Made by a program: the position numbers and the translations under genes. Below the pieces are notes generated by a model, which saw only the letters and a program-made list of their open reading frames with translations, was not told the origin of the DNA and ran no database searches. From contig OX597829.1 of assembly GCA_951406725.2 (NCBI GenBank), positions 26,102,001-26,166,000 of the forward strand: DNA of 64,000 bases. The letters are read 5' to 3'. Below, piece by piece: positions 38,741 to 52,639 of this stretch. Within the stretch, counting starts at the first letter, position 1. Each line of letters opens with the position of its first letter. This DNA comes from Octopus vulgaris. Lineage: Eukaryota.

Positions 38741-39099
38741 AAAAAAGCACAACCAACCAGCAGATACATACAAAAAACTACACCCACATCAATTGATATG
38801 AACAGTCTCACTGGAATATAATTGTTGTCACCAGAAGACTGTAGTGGCATATACAATACAATATTATCAACATATTTCAGCTGATTTTATCAATTGGTTT
38901 AGTTCTCAAGATTTTGGGGAAACCAATCTCAGCACTCAACAAAAGGGCCTGTAGGAAAGTATAGCATGGGCTGTTCATCACTGTGAAGTGAAGATGATTG
39001 GATGAAGAAGGGTCATTCGTATTGTGGGTATTGCAAATCCTCAGATTATGGTGATGGGAAATACCATAGGTGGAAGCTCTAACATCTATAACCATGTTG

Positions 39100-39440
39100 C
39101 AGTCCACCAGTATCCAAGGGCATACCTGTGCTCATGAGGAGAGGATAAGGAAATACCGCTTTTATAGTTTTATAGGTGTCCAGCTGAAGAGAATTCTTTA
39201 GTATAATTTTTTTCTCTGCCAAGCAGAGCCTGCATTTCCTACTGTTATCGAAGTAAGGTTTGCACCTCTCCAATACTCTCCACTTGATGTAATCCATTGT
39301 GCTTTTCATAATGAAGCTAAAAGATTTACTGATGTTGATGATACGTAAACTGGTGGAAGTTCTTATGTTGGTGAAGCTGTTATATATTCTCTGTGTTGAC
39401 TTGTTTGATAGTTGTTTAGCCAGCCTCAGGTCAACCCTCA
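39100..39440 (-). mobile_element. Penelope-like GIY-YIG C-terminal remnant
   Basis: 'YIKWRVLERCKPYFDNSRKCRLCLAEKKIIL' fits the WxxL...PY...CxLCxxEK pattern of PLE endonucleases. Confidence 0.7.
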
Positions 39441-40699
39441 TTGAACAAATCTAGGATCAAAGGCAACAACTCATGACAATTCCATCATCTTTTTATATAT
39501 TTTAGACTATTAGTCATTATTTCCTTTCTTTAAAACGTTGGTAGGGTACAATTTGGATGCTATTTCTAGCAGGTGAAACGAATATACAGAAGCTGATAAT
39601 ATACCAAAGTTCATTATAATTTCATTATAAGCACTCATCTTCTTTGCTAATTGAACGTAATGGGTGCTAGTCCTCACAAATATATAAATGAAGATTATAA
39701 ACTATTGCAAAAAATTAGTTTGTCAGTTTAAAACAACCTTTTTTTTTTTTTAAGAAACATGACAAGTGGGGACCATATTTGTAAAACATCATTCAGTGAA
39801 AGCAGGCATTGGGCCAGAAATGGTTGAGAACTAATGCTAGAGATGGAAAATGAATGTTTTTTTTGTATTCCTACTTTTATTGTGGTTTTGATAGTTGATT
39901 TTTTCAGAAATATTGATGTTTCTTTTGTGATGGTATCAACTACAGGCATTCGGGTCCCCGTTGTAGTATGGGGCTGTAGCATCAAAATTTTTTTTACTTA
40001 AAGACAGGTTGAAGATTCTTTTACTGACCTGTTTGACCAGGTTCTTAAACACTATAGTTGAATGAGAGGAAGCTGTATTTTACAGTTAACTACCCTATAC
40101 ATGGGCTTACTGTTAGATAGATGTTTGCCAGTTTTCTTTGTACATTCAAAGTAAACTTGACCAAGAGGGTGAATGTAATAGACAGTGATCATCAAGAAGG
40201 TGAAAGAGAGAGTGTATATGTGATGATTGGAGTGAGGGGGTTTGTATGTGAGAAAGTAATAGATGAGAGATGATAGCTATATGGTGTTTGGTAGAGTTCT
40301 TTCTACTGTATGTTGCCACCATCAATTCCTTCTTTTTTGGCTGGTGTAACATCAGTTAAACCATTGGGTTTTCTTTTTAGCATTCATCTCAGCCTGAGAT
40401 TAATATCTACGATGAGGATGGGGGTGGGGACAGATGTGATGGTGGCCTATCTACATTCTGAAGTCAATAAGTATATAATATATATATATATACATATATA
40501 TATATACGTATGTATGTATCACATACACACACATATATTCTATATATATTAAATGTATAAAAAAAAAATTCTGTGCTTACCATCATATAAATGTCATATA
40601 ACCCAGGCAATAAATTTTCGTTTTAAAACATATTACAAAGAAAATCCTATCACATTTCGAGATGGAAAAAAAAAACTGTCTCTTTGATTTTAATTAATA

Positions 40700-41490
40700 T
40701 AATTTAATCAAGACAATATTTTCCCTCATTCTTCATAAAATAATCCCATCTTTTCCTGAGTGACTTGGGCAATATGTGATCTTGCATTACCATGTAAAAG
40801 TAATATCCCTTTCTGATTGACCAATGATGGGTGCTATTTCTGCAAATTTTTATGCAATGCTTCCAACTGACAACGATACTTCTCATTAACTGTTTCATGA
40901 TAGATGACACTCTTCATATCTTACCAAACACAGAACATAACTTTTAAATAGGTGTAGTTCTTGTTTGGGGACAGATTCTACTTTTGCATTGTTGTTTACA
41001 TTGGATATGATTAAAGAGACCCCACTTTTTATCACTCATCATGATTCTACCCAGGGAAGGTTTCACAGCAAGGCAATGCTTCAATGATAGGCAGAGGACA
41101 ATTCTTTGATTAAGCTGTGAAGCAATCAGATGATGAGGAGCCCATTGATCAAGTTTAGACATTTTTCCTAGTTCAGGAAGATCTTTTATGATCAAAATGT
41201 TTGAATTGAACAACGTTGCTAATTCTCCTGCAGTTTGCTTTAAGTTTTCTTCCACTATGATTTTCAGAAGCTTGATTTTAACAGGTCTTGGTTATCCAGC
41301 TCAAGGGGAAACTGCAGGATAAAAATTTCCTGAGAGAAACTAGCTAAAACATTATTGGCATGTTCAGACACTTAAAGCTTCATTTCCTTAGATAAAACAA
41401 TTATTTTTTTGCTGTTTCTATTGCTAAAAAGTCCCTTTTGAATCCATGCAACATGCAACGCTTGATAAGAATGTGATTAAAACTCATTTT
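40700..41490 (-). pseudogene. Decayed mariner transposase
   Basis: 'LGKMSKLDQWAPHHL' (WVPHEL-like) and 'RIMMSDKKWGLFNH' (TGDEKW-like). Frameshifted. Confidence 0.78.
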
Positions 41491-42348
41491 AAAAGGGTAA
41501 AATCAATAGGAATTTAAGCACCATAGAATAAATTAATCTGCAAAGTAAATAAAAAACATGAAAATATAAAAATGAAAGCTTATTTTACCATAAGTCAGAA
41601 AAGAAATACCATCATGTAAAATATGAAACATGACTTTCTTTCTAACTTATTGTTAAAAACACATTTAAATCAAACAGCTGTAAATATTATATAATATTCA
41701 ATGTTTCAGAGAAAGAAAGTTGTTACTCTACAAAGAACATATTGAAAACATTGCATTATGGGAATCTCAGAAATGATGTTAATGTCTTGACATATCTTGC
41801 TGAGTATTAACTTTTTGTCTATCTTGTTTATCACATGTGATATACAGGACATATTTCCCAGGTATCCATGCATCATACACAAAAAACAATTCCCAATTAT
41901 TTTTCAATCACAAGACTAACTTGGGACTTATGAAAGGAAACTGTATATTATTCAGAATATCAAACTATAAGTCTGATAACAAGTGTAGATGTTTAGGACA
42001 AACTTGCTTTGGACAGGCAAAGGGGTTAACGTTTTTCTCATATTCATTTATTTATTACTTACTAATGTATGTATTGATAAGTAAATGAAAAAAAAAAAAA
42101 GCAGTATCTGTAGTTCTTTACATTTTTCAAACTTGTTGTCAGTTACTGTTTTCCCTCCCTGAAGGACATGTACAAAGTAGATATTCTGAGTGAAATTGTA
42201 AAGACAAGGTAAACTAGCAGGGTTAAGCAGAGAGGATTTTATGGGTTAACAACAAAATATGTTTACATTAAGGCTTAAATATGTGTTTATTAGTGATGCA
42301 TTGTAGATCTATTTACAATTTGTGCATAAATATACTAACTACATTCGT

Positions 42349-43081
42349 CAACCTTTCAGTTACCATATCTCTGTTGAAATAGACTGCGTTTGTTTCAATT
42401 TTATTTTGAAAATAATGAAGAATTTAGTAAAATAAGTTTGTCATTAATTAATTTAGAATATAAATTAACATGAAATTTTGATAGGTTTTAATTTAGATCA
42501 CTTTAAACCTTGTTATCATATTTCTTTATTGCTCACAAGGGGCTAAACAAAGACAGACAAAGGGATTAAGTCGATTACATCGACACCAGGGAGTAACTGG
42601 TACTTAAGTTATCGAACCCGATAGGATGAAAGGCAAAGTCAACCTTGGCATAATTTGAACCCAGAACAGAAATAACGGCAGACGAAATACCTATTTCTTT
42701 ACTATCCACAAGAGGCTAAACACAGAGAGGACAAACAAGGACAGACAAATGGATTAAGCCAATTATATTGACCCCAGTGCGTAACTGGTACTTATTCAAT
42801 CGACCCCAAAAGGATGAAAGGCAAAGTCGACCTCGGCGGAATTTGAACTCAGAACGTAGCGGCAGACAAAATACTGCTCAGCATTTCGCCTGGTGTGCTA
42901 ACGTTTCTGCCAGCTCGCCGCCTTCCTTGTTATCATGTTTCTGTTGAAATACACTAACTTACTTTCAATTAATTTTGAGAAACATGAAATTTTGATGGAA
43001 GGCTTTATTTTTCATCAGGGGAAGTTTATATATCATAGGACCAGAAGTGGTACCAGGTCACATGGTATCAAAAAAGGTTAA
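42349..43081. mobile_element. piggyBac-like MITE with a nested SINE
   Basis: Degenerate T(C/T)AACCTTT...AAAGGTTAA ends. Confidence 0.45.
42520..42924 (-). mobile_element. Dimeric copy of the 9428 SINE family
   Basis: Head plus two tandem body units on the minus strand, with TSD CCTTGTTATCAT on both sides. Confidence 0.82.
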
Positions 43082-43761
43082 TACATGTATATGCATGTGT
43101 ATATAGTATGAGTCTACTTAAAGTTCCAATGATTGTTGTATGAATGCAATTTTAATCGAGAAAATAAAAATCAATATTTTGAAAATTTTTATTTGTCAAA
43201 AATATTACAATTTCACAAATATACAATAAAATTCTGTACACAGGAAAAGGGAGAAACAAAAAAAAAAAAAAACATTTACAAATCTTTAAAAGTATTTGAT
43301 ACCAGACACCCCTAAAGCACAGTGGAATGATCTCAGTGATCAGCTGGTGTCTTTTTTTTCCTCAGTAATGGATAAGATTCTTTCAGTCCTCCTTTTTACC
43401 ATTTTACGTTTTTTTTCCCTTTCTTTCAATAATTTTAAAATTTCTTCCTGAAAAATTGTTTATTTCACTTTATTCATTTATTAAACAAAAAATTTTTTTT
43501 TTTTTAAATTCCAGGAAATTGTCTTTATACTGCAAAACAGCATTTCCCATAATTGTCACCAGAACTTTCATTCAAATGGTTTGGCATTAAATATTCATTA
43601 ATGCATATAAATATATATATGTATTTTTTTTTAAATGCTTTATGGGTGTCTTTTGTAAGATTTTATTTCATATTTTTAAAAATCTAGTGAAATCCTTTTC
43701 CATTTTTTCTTTTCTTTATTTTCAATTTTAAAAAACAATATTTTTCAACAATTTGAAACTT

Positions 43762-43800
<39 letters not shown>

Positions 43801-44085
43801 TATTTTATTTATATATATATATATATATTATTTATATATATATACATATACAAATAAAATTTTTAAAAAAAACATTTTTTTTTAACTGATGATTTGTGCT
43901 TTTATATTTTTTATAATGTATATTGCTTATCTGAAATTCTTGTTTCTAACACCCCAAGAGATCGCACAAAAGATGGACAGATGTAGGTTGACAGCCCCAA
44001 ATCCCCTAGTGATATATATATATATATACATATAGGTGTATGAGCGTGCATATGCATGTATATGTGTACACACATACATATATAC

Positions 44086-44127
<42 letters not shown>

Positions 44128-44413
44128 TTGTAACAAAAATGGTTTCAGCAATTGCACAGAAATATATGAAACAAACAAGAAAATAATGATGATAATGATA
44201 ACAACAACAACAAAAATTAAATTTTTTTTTATCAATGATGCATATCCAGCATATGTGTTTGTTTCGTTCCAAACACACATACATTAAAAAAAAAAAAATC
44301 TTGACAGTCCCACCACCCTACTGTAACTTCAAATCAAATGTTGTGAGCTCCATAATTAGTCATTGAAAATTATTTTATTCATGAACACATACAACACATA
44401 AATGAATGCATGC

Positions 44414-44449
<36 letters not shown>

Positions 44450-45036
44450 TGCACGCACACACACACACATGCCATCATCATCATCATCAGTACTGGCATT
44501 TTGGCATCCATACTTCTGATTACTGGCATGGATTGGACAAGACGACTGGAGACAATGTTTTAACAGTGTATGCCCTACCTGATGAAAACCCTGACTTGTT
44601 TTTTTCTTTACTTGTTTTTCAAGTAAGATATTTTATTCCACTAATCTTCCTCTGTATGTCAAACTCCTGAGCTGTAGAATGCACTGTCTGTCTGGGACAT
44701 AAACAAATATCACCACTGTCTATGTGGTGTCAATGCAAAGACATACATTCCAATGTAGAGACAAATACACACACACACACATACTCACATGCATGCACAC
44801 AAAGCTTCTGTAGTTTCCACGTATCAAAATTTCAATCGCAAGGCATTAACCAACTTATGGTGCCAAGCATTGGGAATGAACCTGAAATCACATGGTTGCA
44901 AAACAAACTCTTAACCACACAGCCATGCCCGTGTCCCTACTATTCAGACTTTGGACGACAATTTCTGTTTTAAATCATTTACAATTAACAAGAGTGGTGA
45001 ATGCTAACTTCTTTCTTTTAATTTTTCATGTCTATC

Positions 45037-45366
45037 GTTTATTTGTTTCCGTCGTTAGACTGCGACCATGCTGGGGCACTGTTTTGAAGTCAAATTGACC
45101 TCAGCATTCATTTTCCTTTTTAAGCCCAGTAATTATTCCATCAGTCTCTTCAGCCGAACCCCTAAATTACAGGGTTGTAAACACACCAACACTTTACACA
45201 TACAATAGGTTTCTTTCAGTTTTCTGTCTACCAAATCCACTTACAAGGCTTTGGTTGGCTTGAGACTGTAGTAGAAGATACTTGCCCAAGGTGTCACACA
45301 TTGGGACAAAACTTAGAACCATGTGGTAAAGAAGCAAACTTCTTATCCCATAGCCACACCTGCGCC
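45037..45366 (-). mobile_element. SINE family A
   Basis: Reverse complement of the consensus. Further degenerate copies lie at ~44690-44930, 49758-50115, 52260-52590, 57320-57475, 60200-60390 and 61950-62215. Confidence 0.78.
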
Positions 45367-45760
45367 GATGAAGACATCTTAAAAATATTTTTGTTGGTAG
45401 CCAGCTTTCACCCAAAATATATTCAACACACAGACCCAGCAAGGAATATAAAACCTTAGTGTTCTTTTGACACATACACACAAAAAAAAAATAACCAAAC
45501 AAATAAATAACAACAACAACAACAATAATAATGGTTTCAAATTTCAGCACAAGGCCTGCAATTCAGGGGAGGAGGATAAGTCGACTATATCGACTCCAGT
45601 GTTCAACTGGTACTTATTTAATTGACCCCAAAAGGATGGAAGGCAAAGTCAATCTTTGTAGAATTTGAACTCAGAATGTAAAGATGGATGAAATGTCACT
45701 AAGCATTATTCCCGGCATGTTAATGTTTCAGCTAGCTCGCCATCTTATTGATAATAAATA

Positions 45761-46573
45761 CTGTATTTGCTAGCATATAAGATGTACCCCTATTTTACAA
45801 TAATATTTTGTGGAAGAAACAAATTTAGTGCACTTCTTCATATACTTATTGAAAGATATTTTTAAATGATTTTCCTGGGGAAAATGTATGATTCTGTGCA
45901 AGAAAATACAATATTCTGACAGTATATACTTGAATAAAATATGAAGCCTTTAATTTTGTCATATATAAACTGTTATGGGAGTACCATATTTCATTTTTAT
46001 CTTCTTTCAAATCTGCACATAATTTGATCGAGAGAACTGTCATACAAGATGTAAAACTTGCTGAGATGTTTAATGTGATTGACCACCAAGGTAGGAGACA
46101 ATTACTAAGGTGTCTTTTACCCACTGCAAATAGCTGATAGTTGGATGAAAGTTTGACATTTCTTTCACTTTTCAAGATTTTTCCATTTATACAATTAAAA
46201 TTGTTTTTTTTTTTTTTTGAGGTAAGATTCCTTAACCCTTTAGCATTCAGATTACTCTTGTCTGTCAAATGTAAGCTTTTTTATTCATATTGATTGAATT
46301 AATCGTGTATTATCTTGTAGTGAGATGCCTGATCTAGCTGGTTTGAACACAAACAGGTAGAAAATTGTGGCTGGATATGGTCAGTTTAAATGCTAAAGGG
46401 TAAATAATATAAGACATATATCAGGTGTTTTTTTATGTGTACTGAGAAAAGAGGTTCAATAAGACGTGACCTCTCCATTAAATTGCTGCACACTTGGTTG
46501 CCTTAGACACAAGGTAACTATTTTGATATATTTAAATATTGAAAAACTGCATCTTATATGCCAGCAAATACAG
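45761..46573. mobile_element. Non-autonomous Tc1/mariner-superfamily element (TA TSD)
   Basis: TIRs CTGTATTTGCTAGCATATAAGATG and CATCTTATATGCCAGCAAATACAG, flanked by TA. Diverged relatives lie at ~48358-49314 and ~56420-57026. Confidence 0.75.
46236..46400. mobile_element. piggyBac-like MITE nested in the previous element
   Basis: TTAA|CCCTTTAGCATT ... AATGCTAAAGGG|TAAA. Confidence 0.7.
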
Positions 46574-47061
46574 TAAATAAAAAAAAAAACATGGACATAA
46601 AAAAATAAAGATGAAAATTTAAGAAACATTAATGACTTGGTTAATAAGAACAACAACTGGTGATAATGGTGCACACACACACGCGCGCGCGCAACATGCA
46701 AAAGGGTTTAAATGTACGTTATTGAAAAAAAGTTACACAGCATGAATAGTTTTCATGAATGAGATTACAATACGGAGTTGTGCTAATAAACTGGGCAATT
46801 CTGTCTTAACAGGTTATACAAGAACATGTCGTTCCCTCTATGGAACAGCGGAAGGAAGCCTAGGCAGATTCATGGGATGTAAAGAATATTGGATGGTATG
46901 TACCATATTTAAAACTAATTGCGGGTTGAAAGCACAGATAAAGACATATGCTCATATGTTGGTCCCAAATATATATAAGGAGAAGCACAAGGAGGGACAG
47001 ATGTCTGCATTAAAAACATGAGTGACAACATCAACCTTTAGATTGCGGTCACTTTTATAAT

Positions 47062-47096
<35 letters not shown>

Positions 47097-47149
47097 CATA
47101 GATGAGATCCAAATGTTCTCTGTATAGTGCTCAAGAGATTTAAACTTGA

Positions 47150-47581
47150 GCAAGTATAGAAGCAAGTCACACAGACCAATATATAAAGTATATAAAATAC
47201 ATGAAATATATATATGTATATACATGAAATATGTATATACAAAAAATGTATATATATGTATACATATAAAGAGGTCTGACCTATACAGAATACAAATGAT
47301 ATGGAGAATTAAAGGGGATGAGGAACAGTATTACAAATCTAATAGCTGTTTCTGGGGTCTTGGTGGTCCGTAATAATGTTTGAAGATTGATTCCATCAAA
47401 GGATGAGATGAGCCTCTTTCTTCAGAGAAGTGATCTTACATTTCCCCTCATCCTCTTTAATTTTCTATATCATTTGTATTCTGTGTAAGTTGGACTATGT
47501 ACATATATACATTTTTTTGTATTTCATGTATTTAATATACTTTATATATTGATCTGTCTAACCTGCTTATCTCTACATTAA

Positions 47582-47585
<4 letters not shown>
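47150..47585. repeat. Imperfect inverted repeat with a degenerate hammerhead-like spacer
   Basis: Arms ~47160-47323 and ~47446-47570. The minus-strand spacer has CTGAAGA...GAAACAGCTATTAGA. Confidence 0.55.
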
Positions 47586-47629
<44 letters not shown>

Positions 47630-48477
47630 ATGCAGGCATAGCTATGTGGCTGAGAAGTTTGTTTTCCAACCAGATGGTTTCAGTTTCAATATCACTATGT
47701 GGAACTTTGGATGAGTATCATTTACTATAACCCTGAAATTGACTTGTCATGTGTGTGTGTGCATTCATGTGTTCACATGGATACTTGTCTCTCCTTGTCT
47801 TGACATCACACAGTAGATATAAATGAGCATCACCATCATACAAGCATTGTGAAAATGTGAACAACCATGGGGAAATATTACCTTGCTTAGAAACATGAGA
47901 GGGCTAATGAGAGGAAGGGCATTCAGTTGTAGAAAGTCTGGGTCAATGAATCTCTCTGAGCCATGCAAGCATAGGACAGCAAAGTAGATTTTTAAAAATG
48001 ATGATAATAATGACTTACACACATAGACGTATACATTCTTAGCTCAATCCTACAGCTGGCGCAAGCAAGCATTACCAGGTTTTCATTAATAGTTTTAGGT
48101 ATATGTACAGTCACAATTATACACACTTTCAGCCTTTCCACTTTTTGATAAATGAACTGCCTTGCAGAGCCTGGTCTCCAGTTCAAGAATTGAATGTTAT
48201 ATAATTGTGAAGCCACCACACTACCCATTAGACAACTACACACACACGTGTATGTGCCATGAAAATGGTAATGAATTATCTAATAGAAATTTCTCAAACC
48301 AAAACTCGACTACTTAATGATTCCATTAGAAAAGAGATACCATATTTGCTGGTATATAAAATGCACCCTCACAAAAGATGCACCCCTATTTCATAAGTAT
48401 ATTTTGTGGGGGGAAAAAAAACAAAACAAATGTAGTATGTTTGATCATACACTTATTGAGAGATATTTTAAAGTAGT

Positions 48478-48762
48478 TAAAGCACTGTCCGAATCGTGGC
48501 CGATGCCAGCGCCGGTGGCACGTAAAATGCACCAATCCGACCGTGGCCGTTGCCAGCCTCGCCTGGCACCTGTGCAGGTGGCACGTAAAAAGCACCCACT
48601 ACACTCACGGAGTGGTTGGCATTAGGAAGGGCATCCAGCTGTAGAAACACTGCCAGATCAGACTGGAGCCTGGTGCAGCCTTCTGGCTTCCCAGATCCCC
48701 GGTCGAACCGTCCAACCCATGCTAGCATGGAGAACGGACATTAAACGATGATGATGACGATG
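48478..48762 (+). mobile_element. Young SINE-like element with (GAT)n tail, nested in a DNA element
   Basis: GC-rich; contains TGGTTGGCATTAGGAAGGGCATCCAGCTGTAGAAAC. Older relatives lie at ~51590-51790 (-), 54275-54470 (-) and 61370-61585 (+). Confidence 0.72.
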
Positions 48763-50300
48763 AGTTATGTCAGGGAAAATGCATGATTCTGTGCAAGTAA
48801 ATACAATTTTGTGACACTATAACTGGGATAAAGAATGAGACCATAAATTAATCAGAAAAAGCTATGCTATAGGAGTACTGTATCTTAGTTTTATCATCTT
48901 TCAGATCAACCATATAATTGTTTATATTTTGGGTCAAGAAAACTGCCATATTAAAATGTAAAATTTGTATTTTTGGCTTTCATGATCTGTGTAACTGTGA
49001 CAGGCCAGTCATTAATGACCTAAGGGGGGGGGGGGGTACCCTTTTTTATCCTATGTGTGCTGAGGAAGAAGGTATAATGAGATGATGTGACCTTTCTACA
49101 TAACTTTTGACATGTTTTTGGTAAGCTTTGGTAAGTTTATGCTAACAAACTAATATTTTGGCTTGTTTGCAATATTTTACTATTAGTAACAAATATCATG
49201 TGAGCTCCCTACTCTACAATACTGTCTCTCATCTATAATACAGCAACACAAGATGTAATTTTTTGAAACTTTTAGAAAATAAAAGTGCACCTTAATATGC
49301 TGTTAAAAATGGTAAATGATAGTGTGGTCTTGCATGGTTCAGAAATGGAGGAAGTAATTTCAATTTTTGGGAACATGACTAAACATTTTAGAAAGAGGTA
49401 ACTTCTAATACTAACAATGGAAAACTCAATCATGTTTGTTTATAAAAAAAAACTCAGCAGAAACAGAACAATGGAATTTCAGCATCACTTTAGATTTGGA
49501 GTCACAAGTCGGGAGAAAAATTAGGTTATTGGAATTGGCAACTATGCACCAACTCTGATATTGACTGCAACTAAATGTAAGATGTAACATAATGCCTTAA
49601 AATTTTCAATTTTACTGATGTTAATTTGAAAACGGTAAGATCAGATTTAAGGGCTTCTACGGAAGAGTATTTGATAGAAGCATTTATATTTCTAAGAACA
49701 AGTTGTCAGTAGATTTCTAGATTAGGATTTTTGATTTAATCCCTTTTCCATCTTTAACTTGTTTCAGTCATTGAACTGAAGCCACACTGGGGCACCACCT
49801 TGAAAGGTTTTAATCAAACAAATCAACCTCAGTACCTATATTTTTTTCTTTCAAAAATATGGGGTTTATTCTCCCAAAACAAACCAGTACTATTTGTCAA
49901 TTGAGTGGATGGGGGGAAACACAAACAGAAGCATATACGAGAGAGAGAGAGAGACACACACACACACACACAATTTCTATCTACCAGATTCATTCATAAG
50001 GTATTGGTATATATGGGGCTTTAGTATATGATGCTAGAATACTACCCAAAATGCTGCTCAGCGAGACTGAACCTGAGACTATATGGTTGCAAAGTAGGCT
50101 TCTAACTACACAATCAAGTCTGAAGATTATTGAACTGATAACCAAATATCTTACTAACTTACTTTCACAGAATTCTTATACTTCATTACTTTTAGAGCTT
50201 TATACTTCTCTAGCCCTTTGATTTAAAAAGAAAAAAAAAAAAACAGCCTTTTATTTTATAAGCTTTGTCTTATACTTAATTGTCTATAAGCAATCTTTAA

Positions 50301-50630
50301 TAAGTTAGTTAGTTAGTTAGTTAATTTGGCTCAAAAGCAAATAGCAAGGCCATGTAGGGGGACATGGAGTTAAGTACAGGGTGGTGTTCATGTAAAGAGT
50401 TCAGGCCACTTGAGGTCCAGGGAGGCTTTGAACAAAGCGGTCGTCGGCATCTTCATCTCGTCTGGCAGCTTGTTCCACGGATCCGCAACCCGGACGGAGA
50501 AAGCTCCTCTCCTTCGATTGAGATGAAATTGTCGCAGATAGAGCTTTTCGGAATGACCCCGCAGCCGACGCACTGGAGCAGGAGTGAAGAACAGCTCTTT
50601 CGAAAAAGTAACCTGGTGATTCACATTGGC
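50301..50630 (-). mobile_element. 3' end of a CR1-group LINE with (TAAC)n tail
   Basis: 'LRGHSEKL...RRGAFSVRVADPWNKLPDE...FKASLD' is a typical CR1/L2 C-terminus. Confidence 0.85.
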
Positions 50631-50641
50631 CAAGCATGTTA

Positions 50642-51488
50642 CAGTCAACTCTCGCTACTATGCCACCTCGCTACTATGCCACTCTCGCTACTATGCCAGT
50701 TTTGCGCGGTCCCGGCCAAATAATAAACAAAAATTTTTTACTATGCCACCCTCAACTCTCGCTACTATGCCACTTGTAAACTGAAGCGCACGCAAATTTT
50801 CAAAATTTTGTACTCCTACATTTTGTACATTTCGTATTTGTAATCTTGTGGAAAAGTTCAGAAAGTAGCACACAATGTCAGCTCAGAAACGCAAGCGGAC
50901 TGAGTTTACGCTGAAGGAAAAGAAGGAGATTATCGATGCTGCGAAAAACGTTATTGTCGGGCCCCTCGTATCATTAGTAATATCTGATACAAGTTACCGC
51001 CCCTTATATTGTCCGACATGTTTCACTCTAGAAGAAATAGCAAAGGAGGTAATGCATAACGAAGAGCCGGTGGAAAGTGAAGACAACGAGCTAATTGTGG
51101 AAGAGGAATACGTTTCGTTTGCAGATGCCCAGAGAGCATGGAGCACTATCCGAAAGTTTATGCAGCAGCAGAGCAGTGGAAAACCCAGCATCATGCAGGT
51201 GTGTGATAGGCTAGACAACGAAATGAATTAAATCCGCCGAAAGAAGATGCGTCAGCCGACAATTTTTGAGAGCTTCGGGATTAACTAAAAGCAATCTGAA
51301 CTTAATAAACTTGGATGTCTTCTTTTTACCATTGCATTGAACTTCTTATTGGCCTTACTTCCTACCCTATGAATTTTTATTCGTATGTTCAGTACATTTT
51401 TGGTTATGTAGTGTTTAGATAACAGACCCTCGGTACTATGCCACTTTGGCTCAGTCCCGCAGGGTGGCATAGTAGCGAGAGTTGACTG
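50642..51488 (+). mobile_element. Internally deleted pogo/Tigger-like DNA transposon
   Basis: Perfect TIRs CAGTCAACTCTCGCTACTATGCCACC, TA TSDs and subterminal CTCGCTACTATGCCA repeats. ORF 50875-51231 has a CENP-B-type N-terminus 'KRKRTEFTLKEKKEIID' fused to an acidic C-terminus; the DDE domain is missing. Confidence 0.9.
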
Positions 51489-52355
51489 TATATAGTTTCA
51501 AACAAATATCAGAAATATATGATAAATTACAGCCAGAAGAGTTTCACTATGGGCTACCTAAAATGTAGAGTATGTACAGAAATTATCATCATCACCATCA
51601 TTAACACCCTTGTTATAATGGGCTGAGTAGTTTGACAGGATTTGATAGGTCCAAGGATTACATCATGCTCCAGTGTCTGCTGTGACATGGTTTCCACTGC
51701 TGAATACCCTTCCTAATACCAACCACATTACAGTATGTAATGGAAGATTTTTTTTTTTTTTTGTATCACCAGCACTAGTGCGGTTACCATACAAACTTGC
51801 AAGACTATGATCCAAGAATGTGCATGGGGACAACTTTATGCTTGGAGAATAAGGAGTAGAAAGGGGAGTAAAATATGAACAAAAAAGGGGCAGAGCAGGA
51901 CAGGTTCCTTGCTGTAGAGGAGCTTACATGTCTACACAAATTTTTGAAGAGAGGGCAAGGTAACTGGGTGGAACTGAAAAGAGAGGTAAAATAGTGATGA
52001 AGTATCAGAATGAATCTTCAAGCTATGAGGTGAATTGGGAAGAACGGGGTAGGTGTACCTGGAGTAGGTGGGGGGTGCTGATAGTGTGGAACAGCAGATT
52101 AGAAATGATGATACAGTAAATAGAAGGATGAAAGAGAGATAACATGTTAGTTACACATATGCACATACACACACACACATCCAATGTCATTAAGACATTG
52201 TCATTTCCCTCACGTGATGTCATGTGACATTACACAGAGTGGTATATAAATATTTACAGGTACAAGCATGGCTGAATGGTTAAGAAGTCTGCGTTCTAAG
52301 CACAGTTTGAGCCCCACAGCATATCACCTTAGACGAGTGCCTTCAAAGATTCTAG

Positions 52356-52512
52356 GTAAGTTCACCGCGAGGAAAGTTTACCGAGAAAATATATTCATAG
52401 TATCTCACTATTAACAGTTAAAAACTATTTTACTTAAAAAAAAAAAAAAAAAAAAAGGTGAATTGATGACGGTGAACTTTTCCTGTGGTGGATTGATGAC
52501 GATGAACTTACC
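52356..52512. mobile_element. Small MITE inserted in a SINE
   Basis: GGTAAGTTCACC ... GATGAACTTACC inverted ends with subterminal repeats. Confidence 0.5.
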
Positions 52513-52592
52513 GGACATAGTCTTCAACTGTAACTCTGGGAGAACCAAAGCCATATGGGTAAATTTGAAAGATGGAAACTGAAAGAAGTACA

Positions 52593-52639
<47 letters not shown>

